Positions 57,370 through 64,000 of a stretch of DNA of 64,000 bases are shown here, one piece after another. The DNA lies in assembly GCA_002438405.1 (NCBI GenBank), contig DJOE01000004.1:4492-68491 (forward strand). Reading direction: 5' to 3'. Every line of letters begins with the position of its first letter. Position 1 is the stretch's first letter. Made by a program: the position numbers and the translations under genes. This stretch comes from Cyanobacteria bacterium UBA6446 (GTDB lineage Bacteria; Cyanobacteriota; Vampirovibrionia; Gastranaerophilales; Gastranaerophilaceae). A model generated the notes under the pieces. It had not been told where the DNA came from and made no database searches. It saw nothing but the letters and a program-made list of their open reading frames with translations.

Positions 57370-57880
57370 TTAATTATTTTTCCCGTAAATGTGCCTCCAC
57401 TTGTTGGAGGACCGAAATCTTTGATTTCGAGGAGGGGTAAAAAACCATGTCATTACGAACGGGTATAAAGTCATTTGTTGTTGATAATTAAAGATATCTG
57501 CTAGTGTCGTAATCCACAACACAGGGATAATTACAAATGTAGGGGTACACTTCAAGTAAATCCTACTTACATAACTGATACAAGTTAGGTGTTCAATGGT
57601 ATTCCGTGTTCAAGATTACTACGTCACTCCGTATAGACTGCTCTGAGATTTGTTCAGCTTGTTTCCTCGTAATGACATGCTTTTAAGAAAAAAGAAAAGC
57701 TCATTACATTTTCTCCCTCGCCCATTTATGGGAGAGGGTTGGGGTGAGGGTTTATTTTACCATGTCATTACGAACGGGTATAAAGTCATTTGTTGTTGAA
57801 ATCAAAAATATTTGCTAGTGTCGTAATCCATAACACAGGGATGATTACAAATAGAGGTTAGCATTACTATGCGAACACGA
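57370..57880. repeat. composite GC-rich repeat block (copy B of the mosaic family) with an internal ~96-nt direct repeat
   Basis: Direct repeats at 57444-57540 and 57759-57853 share an identical first 41 nt and are roughly 85-90% identical overall by eye. 57601-57680 is the reverse complement of 4882-4961 (74/80). 57715-57732 shares 'cctcgcccatttatgg' with 4989-5004 in the inverted orientation. Confidence 0.7.
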
Positions 57881-57890
57881 TAAATTCTAC

Positions 57891-59018
57891 TTATTTCCCA
57901 ACACAAATACCATAAGTCCCACCCATTACTGTACTCTTAATATTATCCAGTTCCTCATCGTCATATACAACTTTTGCCATAAAAGGCTTAGAACCTTTTG
58001 TAGATGACCAATACATCAATTGAGGAATATCTAAATTCTCTTTTTTAGCTTTTGAGAGTATAGATTTTAAAGTCGCAGCATCTGGCATGGACATATCAAG
58101 TCCATCACAGGCTTTTTTTGCTCCAGCCCACTTATTCGGAGATCCAGTAAAAAAAGATGGCAGTGTTGACCAACCTGGATCATATTTTTCAATATCAGGG
58201 TCATCTAATGTTAGACCATCAAATGATGGTAAAACATATACACAACCAATACCAGAAACCTCAACACCTGCACAACCTTTACTGAATTTTGCTACTTTAA
58301 AACTTCTTATATCATATTGTTTACCATTACGTGCTTCGCTATTTGGACCTTTAAACCCATTCACGTCCATTACAAAGTCAATTGGCGCAGTTACACTTGT
58401 TGTGTATGCAAATTTCTTAGTTCTACCAAAACCAATTGGTAAATCTGCAAAGCTTGGGGTTACTGTATCACCATCACCTATTATTCCTGCATTTGGATTG
58501 TAAGTCATAATTAGTGTTGCACCATCAGCTAAAATTATACCAACATTATCACTTTTGTTGTCTTTTAAATTTAGGTTCTTTCCTGTTTTTGCTTTTGATA
58601 CGTCATAGGTTTCACCATCTGTTGTGGTTACTGTTTTTGTCGGCCAACAATCTGCAATATGCGCTGCATCACATCGTGTACTTATTTTTATATATTTTGA
58701 AAATTCATCTACAAATTCATCTGTACTTGCATAAGTTCTTTCTAGTCCTCCATCTGCTCTCATTAAATCCATGGATTTTGTAATCTTTTGAGCTAAGTTT
58801 GCTTGTGCTTCTGAATTACTACGTTCTGCAATATTTTTTAGCAATGTTGGCATTGTTAGTGCTGCTACCACTCCAATTACTCCGAGGGTGATTAGAACTT
58901 CGGCAAGGGTGAAAGCAAATTTTTTATTCGGAGTTACACCGCTGAAAACCTCTCTACAAGCGGGTTTTAGATTACCCCCCCCCCCCTTGAAAACCGTTCT
59001 ATGACTGCGTTTTGACAT
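57891..59018 (-). CDS. type IV pilin-like protein with a large C-terminal domain (DUF1566/Lcl-like end)
   Basis: 'KFAFTLAEVLITLGVIGVVAALTMPTL' is the prepilin signal plus helix. The ATG at 59018 has an AGGAAG RBS 8 nt upstream. The C-terminus 'KWAGAKKACDGLDMSMPDAATLKSIL....LMYWSST....F.AKVVY.......K....GGTYGICV' resembles the DUF1566 pattern. Confidence 0.75.
   Translation of the reverse strand: MSKRSHRTVFKGGGGNLKPACREVFSGVTPNKKFAFTLAEVLITLGVIGVVAALTMPTLLKNIAERSNSEAQANLAQKITKSMDLMRADGGLERTYASTDEFVDEFSKYIKISTRCDAAHIADCWPTKTVTTTDGETYDVSKAKTGKNLNLKDNKSDNVGIILADGATLIMTYNPNAGIIGDGDTVTPSFADLPIGFGRTKKFAYTTSVTAPIDFVMDVNGFKGPNSEARNGKQYDIRSFKVAKFSKGCAGVEVSGIGCVYVLPSFDGLTLDDPDIEKYDPGWSTLPSFFTGSPNKWAGAKKACDGLDMSMPDAATLKSILSKAKKENLDIPQLMYWSSTKGSKPFMAKVVYDDEELDNIKSTVMGGTYGICVGK
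58975..58986 (-). repeat. G12 homopolymer (C12 on the plus strand) within the pilin-like ORF leader
   Basis: Direct count: 'attaCCCCCC CCCCCCttga'. On the coding strand it encodes K-G-G-G-G-N at codons 11-16. Confidence 0.95.
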
Positions 59019-59074
59019 TTTTCATGCTTCCTTTCTTTTGTTATGCTTAACACACTGACTTTTGTGTTTACTGC

Positions 59075-59163
59075 GCCTCGCATTAAACGTGTCTCCGAGC
59101 CTGCCGACTAGTCCTGCAGACAGCCTATCATTTCGGCAGGCTGCTCCGCACTCTGCTCGGCTT
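59075..59163. repeat. 89-nt GC-rich nested-hairpin module (copy C), in the predicted 5' leader of the pilin-like gene
   Basis: 82/89 identical to 4772-4860. It contains the nested inverted repeats CCGAGC...GCTCGG and GCCTGCCGA...TCGGCAGGC. Confidence 0.8.
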
Positions 59164-59169
59164 GTTTTT

Positions 59170-59198
59170 ATTATACAAGATTTTTTGAACATGCGCAA
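59170..59198 (-). promoter_or_regulatory. sigma70-like promoter upstream of the pilin-like gene
   Basis: Minus strand: TTGCGC, 17-nt spacer, TATAAT. The predicted start site falls at the edge of the 89-nt module, about 145 nt before the ATG. Confidence 0.4.
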
Positions 59199-59220
59199 GA
59201 TGGAGGTTAAACATTAACCA

Positions 59221-59853
59221 CTAAACAAAAGATACAACTTCATCAAAAGATTTTCTTAATTTTTTAGTCACACGAGGTTTATCTTCATAACCAAGAGTCA
59301 AAATATCTATCAAAACTTGTTTATCATTTAAGTCCAAAGCTTCTTTCACTTTATGTGTCAATGCTGCATCTGTTTTTGTAACTTCATTTGCAAATGCACC
59401 AACAACGCAAGCTCCAACACCTAATTCTTGTGCTTCTAGTGTCATATAAGACACTGCATAAGTAACACCCTCAACACTTCTCAACAAGACTTCGTACTCA
59501 CCAACATTTGACGGATTCAAGACTTTAGAATCCAAATAAGCCTGCATTGAAGCTTTATCTAAGCCTTTTTCTGCCAAGATTTTACCAAATTTTGTATGCG
59601 ACCAAGAATCTAAATCTGCCACAGCACAAATTAAAACTTTTGCATTCCTTACTTGAGCTTGACCACCAGATGCTTCACACAACAAGTCTTTAATTGCTTG
59701 AGTTTTTACTACAACAAATTTCCACGGCTGAACATTGCACCAAGAGGGAGCTAATCTACCAGCTTCAAGAATTTTATTCAAAACTTCATCAGTAATAGGT
59801 TTATCTGAATATTTTCTAACACTTTTTCTTGAAGTAATTGCATTCATTACCAT
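59221..59853 (-). CDS. nitroreductase family protein
   Basis: 'RKSVRKYSDKPI..E.L.KILEAGRLAPSWCNVQPWKFVVV' is the classic NAD(P)H-flavin nitroreductase N-terminal motif. Confidence 0.85.
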   Translation of the reverse strand: MVMNAITSRKSVRKYSDKPITDEVLNKILEAGRLAPSWCNVQPWKFVVVKTQAIKDLLCEASGGQAQVRNAKVLICAVADLDSWSHTKFGKILAEKGLDKASMQAYLDSKVLNPSNVGEYEVLLRSVEGVTYAVSYMTLEAQELGVGACVVGAFANEVTKTDAALTHKVKEALDLNDKQVLIDILTLGYEDKPRVTKKLRKSFDEVVSFV

Positions 59854-59871
59854 AGAATAAATCTCCTTAAA

Positions 59872-61269
59872 TTATTTGTTATCACGAGCAACAACCACAG
59901 TGAAATCTGTATTTGCACAACGGTAATTCATTGGGTCATACACGAACTGTCTTGATTTAACTTCTGGAACTTGTTTTTTCAAGTTTGCATAATAATCAAT
60001 TGTAACATATTTTGAATGTGCAATAAATTGTGAATGTGTTGAATTTGAAGTTCCTGTACACATAACATTTATACCATCAGCTTCAAGAGCTTTTTTCAAT
60101 CTTTTAGCTTCGTCAGCTTTATCAGCAGAACTCATAATACTTGCAGTATAAGTTTCTTTTACACCGTCCGGTTTTTCACGGTAAATAAGTCTATCCACAA
60201 CTTCTTGAGTTTTTTCCGGATCTAAAATCCAATAACTGATATATCCATGTTTATTTGGAGAACCTGGAAGCATTGAAATTTCAATATTATCCATATCAAA
60301 ATGTTTTGCAAGAGCTGCATATTGAGTCATTTCGTAAGGTGACATATCCGTTTTCACATATTTATTTGCAACAGAAACGATTTCAGGAATTTTTACAATT
60401 GTTTCAGGTTTTTGCAAATCTGCCAACAAACCACGTAAGAACCATTGTTGACGTTGAGTCCTACCGATATCACCCATTGCATCGTGTCTAAATCTCAAAT
60501 ATTCGACAGCATCTTTATCTGTCAAATGGTGCTTACCTTTTGTGAAGTTGATGTGTAAATGTCCGGCATTATCGTTGTAGTGCATATTTTTTTCAACATA
60601 AATATCAACACCGCCTAAAGCCTTAACAATAGCTCTAACCCCCTCATCGTGGAACATTATGTATTTATCAACATGAACACCTAGAGTATCTTCAACAGTT
60701 TTAATCGTCATACCCACACCACCGATAGCATGAGCTGCATTAATCTTTTGAATTCCCATACCTTTAGGCAAATAAACTTTACTATCTCGAGGAATAGAAA
60801 TCGCATTTACCGTTTTAGTTTTTGGGTCTATATTTAATAAAATCATTGTATCAGTTCTTGTACCAACCCACAAATCAGAATCTGCACCATTTGAATCAAC
60901 ACCTAAAAGCAATATATTTTGACGTTTTGGTCCAAATGGAAGATTAAATTCAGGCTTATCCTTTGAATTATTGCCAAGAGATAATTTAGCAAACAACTTA
61001 GAAATAAAGGAATTTTGACCTAATTTACTATCAATAAATGATTGATTATTTGCAAATAACAAAATTCCTGCAATTGCCATAAAGAAGACAATTGTCATCA
61101 CTGTTAATACTTTTCTAAAAGAAGTATCATTTTTAGGTGGATAACTCTCAAAAGGGTTATCAGCTGCACCATTTGAATATCTTCGAGGCTTTCTTGCTCG
61201 TCTTTGACTATTATTTGGTCTTCTACGTTCTCTATTATTATCTCTTTCTCTCATTCTATTCATTCTCAA
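59872..61269 (-). CDS. LytR-CpsA-Psr (LCP) family protein
   Basis: It has a basic N-terminus and a TM anchor. 'NILLLGVDS......RTDTMILLNIDPKTKTVNAISIPRDSKVYLP' and 'KINAAHAIGG' are LCP core motifs. Confidence 0.85.
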   Translation of the reverse strand: MRMNRMRERDNNRERRRPNNSQRRARKPRRYSNGAADNPFESYPPKNDTSFRKVLTVMTIVFFMAIAGILLFANNQSFIDSKLGQNSFISKLFAKLSLGNNSKDKPEFNLPFGPKRQNILLLGVDSNGADSDLWVGTRTDTMILLNIDPKTKTVNAISIPRDSKVYLPKGMGIQKINAAHAIGGVGMTIKTVEDTLGVHVDKYIMFHDEGVRAIVKALGGVDIYVEKNMHYNDNAGHLHINFTKGKHHLTDKDAVEYLRFRHDAMGDIGRTQRQQWFLRGLLADLQKPETIVKIPEIVSVANKYVKTDMSPYEMTQYAALAKHFDMDNIEISMLPGSPNKHGYISYWILDPEKTQEVVDRLIYREKPDGVKETYTASIMSSADKADEAKRLKKALEADGINVMCTGTSNSTHSQFIAHSKYVTIDYYANLKKQVPEVKSRQFVYDPMNYRCANTDFTVVVARDNK

Positions 61270-61717
61270 ATTTTCTTTTACTACTCTCTCAATACATTAA
61301 TACTATAAAGGAAGTTAAAAAATATACAATAAAAAATGTATTTTATTATTTCCATTCATAATAATTTTGTCATGAAAAAAGTAAAATCTACATATTAACT
61401 TTACGATTATGAATTAAAAATGAAGATATTTTCAAAAACTTAACAAAATTTTACAAAAATTTTTCATTAAAAAAAACAAGAATTTTGCAAATTTTTATTC
61501 ATATTTGAGTGTATTTTAGACATTTTTCTCAAAAAATTGATAAAAAGAGTTCTATTTTTATAAAATTATGCAAAAATTCATCTTTACATTAATTTTACAT
61601 TTGAACCTATGGGGGCAATTTTTAAAATTCAGGACTTTTCATATACATGTGTCTTGGTTATAATGTAGGAACATTCGGCAGACAAATAGCAAGTGTATTT
61701 AGTTAGAAAATATTATT

Positions 61718-63424
61718 ATGATTAATAAAGTTGAATTAGGTAGTGTAAAAAATAATAGAACCCCGAAATATGTCAGTAAAATTAACAAGGGGCAAACCAG
61801 TTTCACAGGACTTGGAAGTCTTGCGCTTAAAGGTATTCAAAAGTGTGAAGAAAGTCCAATGATTAACGTTGCCGTTTTGGATTTATCTACAGCAATTTTG
61901 CCTAGAACATTCTTTGAAACATTTATTGGATCTAAGAAAAAAGACGAAAACGGAAACGAAACTCATGAAAGAAAATTAAACATCATGGGTGGTTTTGAAG
62001 CCTTTAGAAGAGAAGGTTCAGGACTACTTATCAACTGTATGATTCCAAGTTTCATCGTAATGGGTGCAGCAAAATTATTGAACAAACCTATTATGGGAGC
62101 TTTCAACAAATCGAACCTTACAAAATCTTGGGCAAATAGTGACACAATTAACTGTGTAAGCAAATATTATAAAAATGCGCAAGGAACTTCTAAAGAAGAC
62201 CGTGTATTTGAAACGTTAAAATCAATGTTTGATGACATTGAAGGCGTAGATGGTGATATCGGCAAAGGTGGTTTGAAAAGATTTAAAGAAATCTTTGCAA
62301 ATGATGAAGAATATACTAATCATTTAAGAAAAATGGCTAAAAACATTGTCAGTGAAAAACCTGAAAAGGGTTATACCACTGAAATGTACAAATACTTGGT
62401 CGGAAAATCCGGCATAGCTGAAAATATTAAATTTTCAAAAGATTCAGGATTTTTCTCTAGCTCTTTAGGTCATTTATGTGATAGTGTCGGAGATGTTTTG
62501 CATGGTGCATCTAAAGAAGGCATTCTTGCTCCAAATGCAAACATTGCAGCAACTGAAAGTCGTTTTGCAAAATATTTATCAAAAGCAAATCATTTAGTTA
62601 ATGCTAAGAGTATTGCTGGTTTGGGAATAATTATACCTCTAGCTGTTGCTGCTCAACCGATTAACAGATGGATTACCCACAAATTATCTGGTAAAAAAGG
62701 AGCTCCAATCTACAACGATGATAAAGATAGAATCTTAACACCAGAAGAGAAAAAGCAATTAACCGCAAGAAAATTCATTGACGTTCCTTTAATGTGGGGA
62801 GTTGCAGCATTATCAATGCTTATGGATAGACCAAGCTTGAAAATGTTCCAATTTAAAAACATCTTCCCTACAATGGATCAAGCAAGAATTATTTCAGCAG
62901 CAACATTCTCTAGTCGTTTAGCGGCTGCTGAAGATAAAAACGAATTAAATGAAAATACAATCAGAGATATTGCAACATTCTCTAGTTTCTATTTCTTAGG
63001 AGATTATGCAGCAAAAGGAATTGCAACATTCTTAGAAAAACATAACAAAGATGGAATTAAATTAATTAACAGATTAAAAGATGCAGATCCAAATGATAAT
63101 ATAATGAAAAAATTCTGGAACTGGGCAAAACATACCAAAATGAAATCAACAGATGAATTAAGTGCTATTGGTAATGAAACTTTAAGAGCAAAAGCTAAAA
63201 ACCTTAGAGCAATTTGTCAAGCAGGGAACTTAGCATTCTCTTTATTGTCACTTGGTATATTCATTCCTCTTTATACAAGAACCCAAACAAACAAAAAAGA
63301 AAAGATTAAAAAAGAACAAGCTATAAATACCCCAGCTCAAAGTTCAACAACAGGTACAACCACATCATTTACCCAAAACTTGATGAAAGATAAAACAAAA
63401 GCATTTAAAGCATTTTTAGGTTAA
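61718..63424 (+). CDS. hypothetical multi-pass membrane protein with an N-terminal 'TSFTG' motif (paralog 1)
   Basis: 568 aa with about 5-6 hydrophobic segments. 'SFTGLGSLALKG...VAVLDLSTAILPRT....FRREGSG' parallels the next ORF. Confidence 0.55.
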   Translation: MINKVELGSVKNNRTPKYVSKINKGQTSFTGLGSLALKGIQKCEESPMINVAVLDLSTAILPRTFFETFIGSKKKDENGNETHERKLNIMGGFEAFRREGSGLLINCMIPSFIVMGAAKLLNKPIMGAFNKSNLTKSWANSDTINCVSKYYKNAQGTSKEDRVFETLKSMFDDIEGVDGDIGKGGLKRFKEIFANDEEYTNHLRKMAKNIVSEKPEKGYTTEMYKYLVGKSGIAENIKFSKDSGFFSSSLGHLCDSVGDVLHGASKEGILAPNANIAATESRFAKYLSKANHLVNAKSIAGLGIIIPLAVAAQPINRWITHKLSGKKGAPIYNDDKDRILTPEEKKQLTARKFIDVPLMWGVAALSMLMDRPSLKMFQFKNIFPTMDQARIISAATFSSRLAAAEDKNELNENTIRDIATFSSFYFLGDYAAKGIATFLEKHNKDGIKLINRLKDADPNDNIMKKFWNWAKHTKMKSTDELSAIGNETLRAKAKNLRAICQAGNLAFSLLSLGIFIPLYTRTQTNKKEKIKKEQAINTPAQSSTTGTTTSFTQNLMKDKTKAFKAFLG

Positions 63425-63454
63425 AAATAACAAAGCAAAGGCAAATCATATAAT

Positions 63455-64000
63455 ATGAAAATTGAACAAAACGTCGGACAGTTAAAACAAATACCAACAG
63501 GATTCACAAACAATAAAATAAAAAAACAAAATCCAAACTTCACAGGTGGAGTTGATATGGCTCTAAGATTTTTGGATACAAACCAAGCATGGGGCGCTTG
63601 CGCCGTTGACTTAGGGTGTATGGTTCTGCCAAGAACAATTACAGACTTTAGTCGTGGAAAAGATGCAGGTATGGAAACTGCAAGACGTGAAGGAACAGGT
63701 ACAGTTAACCACTCATTAGTTGGTGCTTATGGTTCTTTAGCTGGTTTAGCCCTAGCTGCCGGAATTAACAAAGCATACAACCTTGCAGATAACGATATCA
63801 AAGCTAGTTCAATCTTTGCAGATTCAGAAACTCTTGATTTGCACGGAAAAATTTATGATGCAAAACTAAAAGCATCTAAAATAGATTCTTCAATCAATCC
63901 ATTAAAAGAATATTTGAAAGAAACTCTTAAAAACTATGAAGTTCTAAATCCTAATGACAACGGCAAATGGGTAGTTTTAAAAGATGAAAAAATTGAAAAG
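63455..64000 (+). CDS. hypothetical protein, paralog 2 (5' part; runs off the window end)
   Basis: This ORF is not in the ORF track. It is open from the ATG at 63455 to the window end (182 codons). 'NPNFTGGVDMALRF...CAVDLGCMVLPRT....ARREGTG' parallels 61718-63424. Confidence 0.5.
   Translation, partial: MKIEQNVGQLKQIPTGFTNNKIKKQNPNFTGGVDMALRFLDTNQAWGACAVDLGCMVLPRTITDFSRGKDAGMETARREGTGTVNHSLVGAYGSLAGLALAAGINKAYNLADNDIKASSIFADSETLDLHGKIYDAKLKASKIDSSINPLKEYLKETLKNYEVLNPNDNGKWVVLKDEKIEK

Noticed and set aside
57444-57853. Direct repeats, considered as a possible CRISPR array.
   Set aside because: There are only two ~96-nt copies, 315 nt apart. They are imperfect and embedded in other repeat modules, and no cas genes are present. 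This is not CRISPR architecture.
58087-58783. Plus-strand ORFs of 138 aa and 89 aa.
   Set aside because: They lie antisense within the pilin-like gene. They have no RBS or recognisable motifs.

Overview
AT-rich, gene-dense chromosomal window. It is mostly housekeeping genes with several small accessory or decayed patches. No rRNA, CRISPR array or intact mobile element is visible.

Lineage (inference only): the ClpC N-terminus is almost identical to the cyanobacterial/plastid ClpC sequence I remember. The window also carries diderm functions (TonB-ExbB-ExbD-ExbD, a TolC-like protein, HlyD) and type IV pilin-like genes with the 'FTLAEVLITLG' signal. Together with the low GC content, this suggests a non-photosynthetic relative of Cyanobacteria (Melainabacteria/Vampirovibrionia, Gastranaerophilales-like).

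Recognisable core genes:
- Transport: nupC-like transporter
- Translation and RNA: pth, serS, trpS, infC, dus, pnp, a Ski2-like helicase
- Chromosome, DNA and proteostasis: smc-scpA-scpB, a Y-family DNA polymerase, clpC
- Other enzymes: a PfkB kinase, a nitroreductase, an LCP protein
- Regulation and envelope: a MarR/HlyD/TolC-like cluster, a PAS histidine kinase, a LemA-DUF3137 pair
- tRNAs: Lys-UUU, Phe-GAA, Arg-CCU, Arg-CCG

Most interesting observations:
1. A G12 homopolymer lies inside the 5' end of a pilin-like ORF and may act as a phase-variation switch.
2. A family of GC-rich, hairpin-forming mosaic repeat modules is associated with both pilin-like genes and with a truncated pilin-leader remnant next to tRNA-Lys.
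3. A recurring N-terminal '[S/N/T]F[T/G][G/A/S]' motif, often after 'M(K/R)I..I.P', appears in at least seven otherwise unrelated hypothetical proteins. These include a giant glycogen-synthase-like enzyme and two tandem paralogous membrane proteins.
4. A single polypeptide is built from four tandem GntR-type winged-helix domains.
5. Several decayed loci sit next to tRNAs: a degenerate tyrosine-recombinase-like ORF beside a disrupted TSUP gene, a CHAP-like ORF wedged between two tRNA-Arg genes, and a split DUF3137 gene.

I cannot point to a clear, complete novel multi-gene system. All family assignments come from remembered motifs; no database search was run.
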